Assembly: GCA_965248445.1 (NCBI GenBank)
Contig: CBDFJG010000003.1
Coordinates: 544,001-608,000 of the forward strand
DNA: 64,000 bases
Origin: Planctomycetota bacterium
Lineage (GTDB): Bacteria; Planctomycetota; JAJSAM01; JAJVHW01
Direction: 5' to 3'
In this document: in pieces, positions 8,481-18,104 of the stretch
Layout: every line of letters starts with the position of its first letter
Position numbering within the stretch: position 1 is the stretch's first letter
Program-made: the position numbers and the translations under genes
Notes under the pieces: model-generated
What the model saw: only the letters and a program-made list of their open reading frames with translations
Databases searched by the model: none
Told to the model about the DNA's origin: nothing

Positions 8481-10685
8481 CTGCGCAGCTCACAGACATC
8501 GGCACGCACCCCCGTCGCGGGACACGCTGCGCTGCTCGTGGCCACGGTCGTCGCGTTCGGGTTGTTCTGGTTCGGGCGTTCCGCGTGGGGCGGCCACTTC
8601 CTCGCGGACCACTCCCCGGGCAAGGACGTCTACCACCTCGGCACGCTGTACGCGCGCTGGGCGCACCATGTCGGGAACGGGCACTTCCCCGCGTGGTTCC
8701 CCGAGTTCGCCGGGGGTTTCCCCGTGGGGTCCGCGTGGATGTACGGCCTGTTCTACCCCGGACAGCTCCTCTTCGTCGTGCTGCCGGTGCAAGCCGCGTG
8801 GACGTGGAGCGCGATCCTGCACATGGCGTTCGGCGGTCTGGGTGTGTACCTCCTCGTCAGGGACGAGACGCGGAGTCCGCTCGGCGCGCTGACCGCAGGG
8901 CTGGCGTTCGCGCTGAGCGAGTTCATGGTCGGCCGCGTGCTGTGCGGACACCTCAACCTCGTCGCGCCGATGGCCTGGGCACCGTGGACGTTCCTGGCCG
9001 TCACGCGCATCGTCGCCGGCAGCCGGCCCGCCGTAGCGTGGGGCGCGCTCTGCCTGGCGCTCGGCGTGCTCGCGGGACACGTGCAAGTGTGGTTCTACAT
9101 GGCGCCGGCGCTCGTCCTGTTCGCGGGCCACCGCTGGTACCGCGCCCGCGCAGACGCAGACGCAGACGCAGACGCAGCCGGCGCCGGACGCCGGCTGCTC
9201 CTCGGCGGCGCGCTCGCCGTGCTGCTCACGGCTGTGCAGTGGCTTCCGGCACTCGAACTCACCTCGCTCGCGGGGAGCGCGGTGGCGGACAGGACCGGGA
9301 TCGACGCGTTCTGTGCTCCCGCCCACCAGCTGGCCTCGAAGGTCTTCCCAGGTGTGTTCGGACACCGTCCCGGCGCGTACTGGGCGCCGGACACGGCAGA
9401 GCACGAGTTCACGGCGATCGGTGGACTGCTCCTCATCGTGTTGCTCCTCCCGGCGCTCACCAGGCGGGCGCAGGGAGCGCGTGTCTGGGCCGCCCTCGCG
9501 GCGCTGGGGCTGCTGCTTGCGCCGGGAGTGCACAACCCGCTGAGCGAGCTGCTCAACACAGTGCCGCCGTTCTCGTTCGGCCGCACGCCTGCGCGCGCGC
9601 TCGGCCTCGTGGTCCTCGGGGTGAGCGTGCTCGTGGGGCATGGCGTCGCCCGCTGGACCAGCGAGGAGGTCGCGCCTCGCATCCCGGTGGCGGCCGGCAT
9701 CGCGGGTGTCCTCGGCGTGGCGGCGCTCGCGTTGGTGTTCGCGCGGCTTCCGGGGGGCACTCCGCGCGCGGACGTGGTGGCGACCGCGGTCGTGGCGGGG
9801 GTGGGCACCGCCGGCGCGGCACTCGTGGTGCTCGCACTGCGGCGGCGTCACCCGCGCGCAGTCGCTGTGTTGCCGGTGCTCGTCGTCGTGGCCGCGTCGC
9901 TCGGGGGCGTGCCGCCCGCGAGCACGGTCGATGCACGCTTCTTCCACACGGACTGGATGGCGCATCTCCCTCCGGACCTCGCCGAGCACCGTGTGCACCT
10001 GCTCGGCCACGGCTTCCCCAACGTCGAACGCCAGGGTGTGCGGACGCTGCGCGAACTCTGTTACCTGGACGCGCCGTGGTACCGCCGCTTCCGCGAGGAT
10101 GCCGTCCCGGAGCGGGCTGCGTGGCTCGACGTGGGGGCGCAGCTCTCCGGCATCGCCAATGACCGGTTGTTCGCCCCGGACCTCGGCGCAGAGGACGTCC
10201 TGGTGCGCACGTACGAGACGCACGGCGCGGCCAGGCTCTTCGCCTCAGCGCAGATGGAGGTGTCGGACGCCGCGGCACTCGCGGCGCTGGACCGCGGCGC
10301 GCTGACGCTGCACCTCGCGGACGCCGCGTCATGGCCTCGTTCGTCCCCGACAGCGCCCCGGGGCATGGTCGATTCGGTCCGCGTCGTTCCCGGCGACGAT
10401 CCGGGGACACTGGAGTACGACGTCACCTCGCTCAACCGCGGATGGCTATTCGTCAGCGAGAAGCACTTCCCCGGCTGGGAGGCCGACGTGAACGGCGTCT
10501 CCAGACCGATCCATCGCGCGAACGTGATGTTCCGGGCGGTCCAGGTGCCCCCCGGCGGCGGGCGCGTGACGATGAACTACCGCCCGGCCCCGCTTCGCCG
10601 AGGCGCGTGGATCTCACTCGCCGCACTGCTCCTCACGCTCGCGCTGTTCGTGTGGTCGCGGCGCGGCCAGCCGGCGCCGAGTTAG
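8481..10685 (+). CDS. YfhO-family polytopic membrane protein (GT-C-type glycosyltransferase)
   Basis: N-terminal GHFPAWFPEFAGGFP...LFYP, many TM helices, C-terminal LFVSEKHFPGWEADVNG...RANVMFRAVQVPPG. The start is either CTG 8481 (after GAGGAG) or GTG 8538. Confidence 0.8.
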   Translation: MRSSQTSARTPVAGHAALLVATVVAFGLFWFGRSAWGGHFLADHSPGKDVYHLGTLYARWAHHVGNGHFPAWFPEFAGGFPVGSAWMYGLFYPGQLLFVVLPVQAAWTWSAILHMAFGGLGVYLLVRDETRSPLGALTAGLAFALSEFMVGRVLCGHLNLVAPMAWAPWTFLAVTRIVAGSRPAVAWGALCLALGVLAGHVQVWFYMAPALVLFAGHRWYRARADADADADAAGAGRRLLLGGALAVLLTAVQWLPALELTSLAGSAVADRTGIDAFCAPAHQLASKVFPGVFGHRPGAYWAPDTAEHEFTAIGGLLLIVLLLPALTRRAQGARVWAALAALGLLLAPGVHNPLSELLNTVPPFSFGRTPARALGLVVLGVSVLVGHGVARWTSEEVAPRIPVAAGIAGVLGVAALALVFARLPGGTPRADVVATAVVAGVGTAGAALVVLALRRRHPRAVAVLPVLVVVAASLGGVPPASTVDARFFHTDWMAHLPPDLAEHRVHLLGHGFPNVERQGVRTLRELCYLDAPWYRRFREDAVPERAAWLDVGAQLSGIANDRLFAPDLGAEDVLVRTYETHGAARLFASAQMEVSDAAALAALDRGALTLHLADAASWPRSSPTAPRGMVDSVRVVPGDDPGTLEYDVTSLNRGWLFVSEKHFPGWEADVNGVSRPIHRANVMFRAVQVPPGGGRVTMNYRPAPLRRGAWISLAALLLTLALFVWSRRGQPAPS
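9150..9177 (+). repeat. In-frame hexanucleotide microsatellite (GCAGAC)x4.7 encoding ADADADADA
   Basis: Read directly from the sequence. Confidence 0.9.
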
Positions 10686-11146
10686 AGACCCGACTCGAAG
10701 CTGTCCGGAACGTCGAGATCGCGAGTGCGCGCGCTGCGCGACCACGCCTCCCAGCGGGCCGCCGTCGGGAACTGCAGCACCACGATCAGCAGCATTGCGG
10801 CAACGGCTACACCCAGCGCGAGGGGGGTGCCCTCGAGCAGGTAGGCGACGCAGCCGAACAGCCCCCCGAACTCGAGGATGGCGCCGCCGCCGAGCGCGAA
10901 CATCGCAGCACCCTTCTCCTTGCCGAGCATCACCTTGCGCGCGAGGAGGCGCACGAACAGCGACAGGACGAGCATGCCCGCGGCGATGTTGGAGAGCAGC
11001 GGCGTACTCTCCGCGGCTTCGCGAGGCGGGTCCTGCTGCCACAGGAACCAACAGACCCCGAGGAAGATCGCGATCCCGACGACGAGCGCGCTCACCATGA
11101 TCGCGGAGGCGCTCCGCATCTTGGCGTCTTCCTGGTCAGTCACCAT
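10682..11146 (-). CDS. Hypothetical membrane protein (about 4 TM helices)
   Basis: GGAGGA SD, four hydrophobic segments, GC3-rich codons. Confidence 0.7.
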   Translation of the reverse strand: MVTDQEDAKMRSASAIMVSALVVGIAIFLGVCWFLWQQDPPREAAESTPLLSNIAAGMLVLSLFVRLLARKVMLGKEKGAAMFALGGGAILEFGGLFGCVAYLLEGTPLALGVAVAAMLLIVVLQFPTAARWEAWSRSARTRDLDVPDSFESGL

Positions 11147-11222
11147 CGCGTCCTCCACTTGCTGCCAGCACGCGAGGGTAGTTGCGAGCGCCGGGCTTTC
11201 CAACGGTGAGGGAAACTGTGTC

Positions 11223-11708
11223 ATGCACACAGCCGCCGGACTAGCCGACCTCCACTCCCGGACCCACCGGAGTCTCCAGAAGCTCCTCGACCACTGCGCC
11301 CAGTTCTCGGGCGACGAGCTGCGGCGAGAGCTGGACGGATTCGGCTACTCGACGATCCTCCTGCAGCTCCACCACGTGATCGGTGCCGAGGCGTACTGGA
11401 TCGGCGTGTTGCGCGGCCTGATACTCGTCGACGAAGTGGATAGCGATCACGAGTCGATCGACGCCCTCCGCGCGTTCCGCACGCGCATCGCGGAGTCGAC
11501 CGCGTTGTACCTCGGTGCGACAACGGACGCCGACCTGAACACCCGCCGATCCATGACGACCTGGGGCGGCAAGCAGCAGGACCTCGTGCCCGCGAACGTC
11601 CTGCTCCGCACGCAGACGCACGTCTTCCAGCACCAGGGACAAGTTGCCGCGATGTGCCGCCTACTCGGCCGGCCGATTCCGCCAGATCTCGACTTCCCAC
11701 TGGGCTGA
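11223..11708 (+). CDS. DinB/YfiT-family metal-binding protein
   Basis: STILLQLHHVIGAEAYW and THVFQHQGQVAAMCRLLG (His triad of the DinB fold). Confidence 0.85.
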   Translation: MHTAAGLADLHSRTHRSLQKLLDHCAQFSGDELRRELDGFGYSTILLQLHHVIGAEAYWIGVLRGLILVDEVDSDHESIDALRAFRTRIAESTALYLGATTDADLNTRRSMTTWGGKQQDLVPANVLLRTQTHVFQHQGQVAAMCRLLGRPIPPDLDFPLG

Positions 11709-11782
11709 GCCTGCCTGGTTCCGGTTCACTTCGTCCGGCACGGCTCGGCGTTACGCGATACTGGGTGCCGTCGGAGGACACG

Positions 11783-12916
11783 ATGGACGAGGAACTCCTC
11801 AGGAGGCGCCTAGCGCTGCGCGCGCGCTGCCGCGGGATCCACGGCCCGGCGGCGACCGACGCGACAGCGGAACTCGCGCGGACGGCGGCGTGGTGCGCTG
11901 AGCACGACGTCACGCAGGACGAGTACGGCGCTGGCGGCCTGATCGAGGACTTCGAGACCAAGCTCGCCGCGCTGTTCGCCACCGAAGCGGCGCGCTTCCT
12001 CCCGACCGGCACGATGGGGCAGGGGATCGCCATGCGGCTCTGGTGTGGCCCGGGTGGTGCAGGCGGCGTCGGCGGTCACTTCGGCATGCATCCCACGAGC
12101 CACCTCGAGCTTCACGAGGAGCGCGGGTACGAGCACCTCTTCGGGCTGCGCGCCACGCTGGTTGGCCCGGCGGACCGCGTGATGCTCGCCGAGGACCTCG
12201 CCGCGGTCACCGAGCCCCTCGGCGCACTGCTCATCGAACTGCCGTCGCGCGAGAACGGCGGGCAGCTCCCTACCTGGGAGCAACTCGTCGAGCTCTGCGA
12301 CCTGGCCCGCGAGCGCGACATCAAGTTGCACCTCGACGGGGCGCGGATCTGGGAAGCGCAGCCGGCGTACGGGCGTCCGTTGAGCGAGCTGGCGGCGCTG
12401 TTCGACTCGGTTTACGTCTCGTTCTACAAGGGCATCGGCGCGCTCCCCGGCGCCATGCTCCTCGGCCCGCGAGAGTTCATCGACGAGGCGCAGACCTGGC
12501 AGCGCCGCATGGGCGGCAACCTCTACACGCTGCTCCCCAACGTCGCGTCGGCGGCCAGTCGCCTCAACGACCGGCTCGCCCGGTTTCCCGCCTACCGCGA
12601 ACGCGCCCTAGCGTTCGCCGCCGCACTGCGTGACGTCCCGGGGGTGCATGTCATTCCCGATCCACCGCACGTCAACATGATGCACGTCGTGCTCGACCTC
12701 GCGCCCGCCGACGCCGGTGGCGCCCGTGACCGCGCTGCCGAGGCCACCGGCGTCTGGCTCTTCAACGGCACCCGCCCGCGCGACGACCCGAATCAGTCGT
12801 TCTTGGAGCTGTACATCGCCGAGGCTGCGATGGACGTCACGGACGCGGAGGTCGCCGCCGCGTTCCGAGCTCTGGTTGTGCCGGATGACACTCGGCGCAC
12901 TCGTCGAGAACAGTGA
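11783..12916 (+). CDS. Low-specificity L-threonine aldolase (PLP, beta-eliminating lyase family)
   Basis: FLPTGTMGQ, HLELHE, LHLDGARIWE and DSVYVSFYKGIG (PLP lysine); GGAGG SD. Confidence 0.88.
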   Translation: MDEELLRRRLALRARCRGIHGPAATDATAELARTAAWCAEHDVTQDEYGAGGLIEDFETKLAALFATEAARFLPTGTMGQGIAMRLWCGPGGAGGVGGHFGMHPTSHLELHEERGYEHLFGLRATLVGPADRVMLAEDLAAVTEPLGALLIELPSRENGGQLPTWEQLVELCDLARERDIKLHLDGARIWEAQPAYGRPLSELAALFDSVYVSFYKGIGALPGAMLLGPREFIDEAQTWQRRMGGNLYTLLPNVASAASRLNDRLARFPAYRERALAFAAALRDVPGVHVIPDPPHVNMMHVVLDLAPADAGGARDRAAEATGVWLFNGTRPRDDPNQSFLELYIAEAAMDVTDAEVAAAFRALVVPDDTRRTRREQ

Positions 12917-13001
12917 GTCGCACCTCGACACGCCGTTTCGCGCCAGGCTTGCCTTCGGTCCCCCTGTCGCTCACACTCGAACCGACGGGAGGGGGCTGAC
13001 G

Positions 13002-14309
13002 ATGTCGCACGTGCGGGCACGGAGGAGAACGGCCAGACGCTCGACGATCGTGGCGCTGGTCGTCGGGCTGGCGCTTGGGGCCGCCACGACGGCGTGGCCC
13101 CAAGACGTGGCTCAAGCGCCGCCCGGGATGGCCGACCACCTGGACGCCAAGGGCTACACGAAGGTGCAGCTGCCGCGAGGCACGACCGAGGTTGGTCCCG
13201 ACTCGAAGGACGAGTACTCGCTACAGCGCTTCGGGATCAACTGGAGCGAGAAGGGCGGCGATCCCTGGTTCTACATCTACGTGAAGCAGGTCCCCGCGTA
13301 CGCGCGTGCGAACCTCTGTGGATACCAGCGCGGCTGGCAGAGGTGGGGCGACCTGGTCGAGACCTCACCGGAGTACGGCGAGGGGGAGTACTGGGAACTC
13401 CGGCGCAAGGAGGCCGAGGCGTACTACCGTTATCGCGTCATCGAGCACGCGGGGCAGTGCTTCGAGATCATCTGCCAGGCCCGTACGCGCGTGCACGAGG
13501 ACCTGGGCGGCCTGATCAAGCTGATGCTTGCGTCGTTCGAGGGCGCGGGCCCCCCCGCGGAGCCAGAGCCGCCGGCAGACTTCAAGGTCAAGGAGGAGTT
13601 CGGCTGCCGCGTCTGGACCAACGCCAAGAAGGGGCGCGACAACCAGCGCATCCTCAAGTTGCACCAGAAGGCATGGGAGACGATGGCGGCCGGGCTGCCG
13701 GGTGATCTGATCGACACCGCAGCGCCGCGCGTCATCATCTGCCAGGACGACGAGAGCTACCGCAAGGTCTGGAACAGCAAGAAGGGACTGCCCGCGTACT
13801 GCTTCATCGCGTCGAACCTGCGCGCACTGGTGGTTCGGCTCAGCATGCGCCGCGACAAGGAGTTCGAGCAGGCGCTCCAGCGCGCAGCCTGTGCACAGTA
13901 CGTCCGGGCGTTCTTCGGCGGGCCGACGCCGGCCTGGATCGAGGACGGCATGCGCATCTACGGAGTGCAGGGCGTCGTGGCGAACGGGAACTTCGACCAG
14001 CCGTTCAACAAGCCGATCGAGAAAGCACGGGAGGCGGCAGAGCGTCGCAACGCCCGGCTCGACGATCTCTTCGCGTTCGGAGTGGCCGACACCGTCGACC
14101 GTGACAGCCGCGATCACGAGCTCTACGCATGGCACTGGTTTTTCCGCCACGGCCCGGGCAAGGAGAAATACGGCGATCTCTACGACCGCCACCTCGCCAC
14201 GCTGCGCGAGTCCGGCAACGTGGCGGAGGCGCGCAAGGTGTGGGAGCCCGCCAACATGGACGACATGCGCGACGAGTTCCTCGCCTGGATCGCCAAGTGG
14301 CGCAAGTAG
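13002..14309 (+). CDS. Secreted hypothetical protein with a degenerate DUF1570/peptidase-MA-like C-terminal domain
   Basis: Signal peptide; PAWIEDGMRIY and YAWHWFF resemble DUF1570-type PxWxxEG, but there is no HExxH. Confidence 0.6.
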   Translation: MSHVRARRRTARRSTIVALVVGLALGAATTAWPQDVAQAPPGMADHLDAKGYTKVQLPRGTTEVGPDSKDEYSLQRFGINWSEKGGDPWFYIYVKQVPAYARANLCGYQRGWQRWGDLVETSPEYGEGEYWELRRKEAEAYYRYRVIEHAGQCFEIICQARTRVHEDLGGLIKLMLASFEGAGPPAEPEPPADFKVKEEFGCRVWTNAKKGRDNQRILKLHQKAWETMAAGLPGDLIDTAAPRVIICQDDESYRKVWNSKKGLPAYCFIASNLRALVVRLSMRRDKEFEQALQRAACAQYVRAFFGGPTPAWIEDGMRIYGVQGVVANGNFDQPFNKPIEKAREAAERRNARLDDLFAFGVADTVDRDSRDHELYAWHWFFRHGPGKEKYGDLYDRHLATLRESGNVAEARKVWEPANMDDMRDEFLAWIAKWRK

Positions 14310-14365
14310 CGCTCCGCACTGCAAGCGCGGGTGCGATGATCAATTCCGGTTCTGCGCGTCGACCC

Positions 14366-14511
14366 GAGTACCGAGAACGGTGGATTCCCTCACCGTGCGC
14401 GGTTGTTCGCCCCTGTGACTTGTTGACCGCAGCGTCCTTCACGCGCAGCGATGTCCTCGAGTAGATCTGCAAAAGCCCTCACGGTGAGAGATTCCACCGT
14501 TCTCGGTATTC
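14366..14511. repeat. Pair of 32-bp inverted repeats, each itself palindromic (REPIN/MITE-like)
   Basis: GAGTACCGAGAACGGTGGATTCCCTCACCGTG (14366-14397) matches the reverse complement of 14480-14511 at 29/32 positions. Confidence 0.85.
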
Positions 14512-14650
14512 CGCGAGGCATGGACAGACCCGAAGTAGAGCGCAGCAGTATCCGGAGGCTTGAAAGTCGCCGGGATCGCGGTTTACCTGGGGGCGCCTGT
14601 CGTCTCGCTGTCCGAACGGCTGCGGCGATCGTCAATGGGAGGGTCTCGTG

Positions 14651-15769
14651 ATGACGAGTCCGATCAAGACCGCGCTGGCGGTGTGTGCAGCGCTCCTCAT
14701 CGGTGTGGGGGGCACACTCATCGCGCAACGAGCACCCGATGGGCAAGACGACCCGGCGCCCGCGCAGGACGACGCGGCCACCGCAGTGCCGCAACGCGAG
14801 CGGGGTCCGACCCGCGAGCGCGCCCGTGTCGCGGCGATGCAGTCGGACCTCGATCGCCTGCAGGATCGGCAGGACAAGCTGGAGGCGGCACTGCGCTCGC
14901 TCACCGAGCAGTTGGCGGAACGGGATCGCGCGATTGCGGCGCTCCAGCAGTCTGGGGGCGGCGCCGTAGCACCGGCGGGCACCAAGGGCAACAAGGGCGG
15001 CAAGGCGGGCAAGGCGGGCAAGACGCAGGCAGCACTGCCGCCGCTGCACGCATCGGTGGCGGCCGACGACGCCGCGGCCGTGCGCGCTCTCCTTGCGAGT
15101 GATGGCATCGACCTCGACGCGAGGGATGGGAGGGGGCGGAGCCCGCTCTTCCACTGCAAGAGCGCGGAGGTGGCGAAGCTCCTGATCGCCGCCGGGATGG
15201 ACGTCCAGGCGACGGACGACTCGGGCAACTCGCCGCTGTTCCTGAACGAGCACGCCGAGGTCGTTGAGGTGCTGCTCGCGGCGGGTGTCGACGCGAACCA
15301 CCGGGGCGGCGCCCGCATGACGCCTCTGTTCAATCTGCAGAGCGCCGACGTCGGCAGGGCGCTGCTCGAGCGCGGAGCGGATACGAGTCTCCGCGACGCG
15401 CTGGGCCGCACTCCGCTCCACACGCCGCGCTATCCGGCGACGACCGGGCTCCTGATCGAGCAGGGGCTCGACCCGAACGCCGTCGATAACGGCGGGATGA
15501 CCCCGCTCTTCCGCGCCTACGACGAGGAGGTCATCGGGCTGCTCATCGACGCAGGTGCCGACGTGAACGCACGCGACCACGCCAGACGCTCGCCCCTCTT
15601 CAACGCTCAGTCGCCGGAGGGCATGCGGCGGCTCATCCAATCCGGCGCGGACGTGAACGCGCGGGACGAGAACGGCGTGTCCGTGCTCGCCTCGCACAGG
15701 AAGCGAAACAGGAAAGGCCGCGGCAGCGCGGTCATCAAGGTCCTGGTCGACGCGGGCGCTACGGAGTAG
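14651..15769 (+). CDS. Exported ankyrin-repeat protein with N-terminal coiled coil
   Basis: Signal/TM N-terminus, a heptad region, and about 8 G-x-(S/T)PL(F/H)...LLxxGADVNA repeats. Confidence 0.9.
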   Translation: MTSPIKTALAVCAALLIGVGGTLIAQRAPDGQDDPAPAQDDAATAVPQRERGPTRERARVAAMQSDLDRLQDRQDKLEAALRSLTEQLAERDRAIAALQQSGGGAVAPAGTKGNKGGKAGKAGKTQAALPPLHASVAADDAAAVRALLASDGIDLDARDGRGRSPLFHCKSAEVAKLLIAAGMDVQATDDSGNSPLFLNEHAEVVEVLLAAGVDANHRGGARMTPLFNLQSADVGRALLERGADTSLRDALGRTPLHTPRYPATTGLLIEQGLDPNAVDNGGMTPLFRAYDEEVIGLLIDAGADVNARDHARRSPLFNAQSPEGMRRLIQSGADVNARDENGVSVLASHRKRNRKGRGSAVIKVLVDAGATE

Positions 15770-15826
15770 TGGCGGGGGGGTGGGGGCGCCGGTAACCGGA
15801 CCCTGACGGCGGTGCCTGGCCCACTG

Positions 15827-17995
15827 CTACTCGTCGGACACCGGACGTGGCGACATCACGACAGTGACCTCGCGGATCTCGCCCTCTGCGACCATGACGC
15901 GCACGTCGTGCGCGCGGCAGCCGGCGACCGCGACCCAGAAGCGCACCGGGCCGGGGGGCATGCCGCGCAGCCGCACCACGCCCTCTTCGGAGAAGATTCC
16001 CTCCCACGCGCCCGTCACGACCTCGAGTTCGGAGAGTTCGGTTCCCTGCTCATCGACCGCGCGCACCACGACCATCGTCTCCGGCCAGCGCAGCGTCCAC
16101 GGACCCGGCTCGTCGATGAACCGCACGAGTGGGTGCAGTTCCTCGCTCTCGTCCGCGGTGATCTCGACGCGGTCGTGGCGGGTGAACGCGAATTCGATGA
16201 TTCCGTCCGCGCCCATCGGGATCGTCTGCGTGGAACGCAGGCGTCCCGACGCCCGGCGGATCTCCGCAGTGACGCCTGCCGCGGGTGATCCGTCCGGCAG
16301 CAGCACGGTCAGCGTCTCCTTCGGGAGCTTCTCTTCGTGGGGGACGGACATCGGCCCGTCGTCCCACTCTGCCTCGTCCTCCTCGACCGGCGGAGACGAC
16401 AGCACCAGTTGCGGGCCGGGGCCCTCGGGCGGCCCGTCCAGCACCACGCGTGCGCTCCGTTCGCGGTCGTCGGTGACGTATTCCAGCGCGAACGGTCCCG
16501 CCGCGGGGACGTGGAAGAGACCGTCGTCCGCCACGACGTCGCCCGCGGCGTCGCGCCGCCCGGCGGTGACCGGTGTGCGCCGACCGGACGGGGCGACGAG
16601 GTGGAACTCCCCGTCGAGCGCAGCTGGGAACGAACCGAGCGCACCGTCCTCGCCAGACTCGACAACCACGGGCCGCCAGACGGGGTTGGTGGTCAGCGGC
16701 ACGTCGAGGTCGACGGGCTCCTTGTCGATCACGACCTCTGCGGTGTACGGACGGATCGCTCCGGTCGCCGACCCGAACGTCACGGCCCACGTGCCGGGTG
16801 TGAGTTCGAGCTCGATGCGGAGCGAACCGTCCTCGAACTCCCCTTCGTCCTCCTCGACGTAACCGTCGGCCTGACGCACCGCGCGAATCGGGAGGTCTGC
16901 TTCGGTGAGCGGCCGATCGGTCGTGAGCGTCGCGCGCACGCGCAGGAGTTGCAGTGGGGCGGACTCGCTCTCGTCTTCGTCCTCCTCCTCCCCCGCGTCC
17001 TCCACGTAGGCCTCCAACCGGAACTCGCCTAACACCCCGGGCGCCGCCGCGAAGTCCTCGCGGTACTCCGGCCCGCCCGCGGGCCAGGTGTAGGCCACCG
17101 TGATGTGGTTGCCCGGCGGGGCGCCGAAGAGGCGGAAGCGTCCGTCCGCGTTCGTCGTCGTCCAGGGCCCGCGGTGGGTGTCGGGAACGCCCACGGCCAC
17201 TCCGTCGGCGGGACTGCCGTCCGCGTTGACCACGCGCCCCTCGAGCACCGGCGCGGGGTGGCCGCGCAGGATGCGGCGCCCGTCCTCGAGCGGTAGCTCA
17301 CCGGGACTGGAGGAGTACGCGCTCGAACCCAGCAGTCCGGCCGCGCGCACCCAGATCGTGCCCTTCTCCGGATCGACGTCGCGGAACACGAAGCGACCCT
17401 CGGCGTCGGTCGTCTCGCTGCGCACCGCCGGCGTGTGTCCGCAGCCAAGCAGCAACTCCACGATCGCGCCGCTGACCGGCCGGTCGAGCCAGTCGCGCAG
17501 TTCGATCTCGACGTCCTGACCCGGCACAAGCCGGAGCTCCTCCTCAAACCCGAACTCGCCCACAGCCGCCCACCCGGGCGCATCCACGAAGTACCACTGC
17601 CCGTAGTCTTTGCGGTCCGCGAGCACCAGGCCGTCGAGGTCGGTATCCAGGGCGTGCACACGCAAGTCACCCCACGGCTCCGCGTGCGGGTAACCCGCCT
17701 CGTGCCAGTTCGCCACCCGCGCCCCGACGATCGGCTCGCCCGTCCGGTCGTCCACCACGCGCACCGGTACGTGCGTCACCTCGTCGTCGTACAGGTCGGC
17801 CAGCTGGACCTCGGCCGGCAACTCCCGATCCCAGGTCTCGGGCTGCGGCACCACCCGCTCGCGCGGCACGCGCTCGGGCTCGCGCTCCGCGGGCGGGGTC
17901 TCCTGCGCGACGGGCGGCTCGGGCTCCGGCGTGCCCGGCGAGCACGCGGCGAGCGCCACGCACACCGGAACCACGACCGACCGGAACCGACCCAC
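15827..17995 (-). CDS. Lipoprotein with carboxypeptidase-regulatory-like (CnaB-type beta-sandwich) repeats
   Basis: Lipobox LAAC; repeats such as GEPIVGARV...TDLDG, GAIVEL...TTDAEGRF and GRVVNADGSP...TNADGRF. Confidence 0.75.
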   Translation of the reverse strand: MGRFRSVVVPVCVALAACSPGTPEPEPPVAQETPPAEREPERVPRERVVPQPETWDRELPAEVQLADLYDDEVTHVPVRVVDDRTGEPIVGARVANWHEAGYPHAEPWGDLRVHALDTDLDGLVLADRKDYGQWYFVDAPGWAAVGEFGFEEELRLVPGQDVEIELRDWLDRPVSGAIVELLLGCGHTPAVRSETTDAEGRFVFRDVDPEKGTIWVRAAGLLGSSAYSSSPGELPLEDGRRILRGHPAPVLEGRVVNADGSPADGVAVGVPDTHRGPWTTTNADGRFRLFGAPPGNHITVAYTWPAGGPEYREDFAAAPGVLGEFRLEAYVEDAGEEEDEDESESAPLQLLRVRATLTTDRPLTEADLPIRAVRQADGYVEEDEGEFEDGSLRIELELTPGTWAVTFGSATGAIRPYTAEVVIDKEPVDLDVPLTTNPVWRPVVVESGEDGALGSFPAALDGEFHLVAPSGRRTPVTAGRRDAAGDVVADDGLFHVPAAGPFALEYVTDDRERSARVVLDGPPEGPGPQLVLSSPPVEEDEAEWDDGPMSVPHEEKLPKETLTVLLPDGSPAAGVTAEIRRASGRLRSTQTIPMGADGIIEFAFTRHDRVEITADESEELHPLVRFIDEPGPWTLRWPETMVVVRAVDEQGTELSELEVVTGAWEGIFSEEGVVRLRGMPPGPVRFWVAVAGCRAHDVRVMVAEGEIREVTVVMSPRPVSDE

Positions 17996-18104
17996 ACGGC
18001 AAGTCTACGTCCCGTCGGCATCACCGGACGCGCCCTGGGAGTTGGAGCACTCTTCCTGGGACTGAAGCGGTCAGAATTCGCACTCCTTTCAAAGGAGGTG
18101 CTGC

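Noticed and set aside
8432..10223. 576-aa (+) and 577-aa (-) ORFs
   Set aside because: Arg/Ala/Pro-rich alternate-frame shadows of the YfhO-like gene.
1..10685. Exosortase or PEP-CTERM gene
   Set aside because: Associated families are present, but no exosortase or VPEP-TM-basic tail was found in the window.
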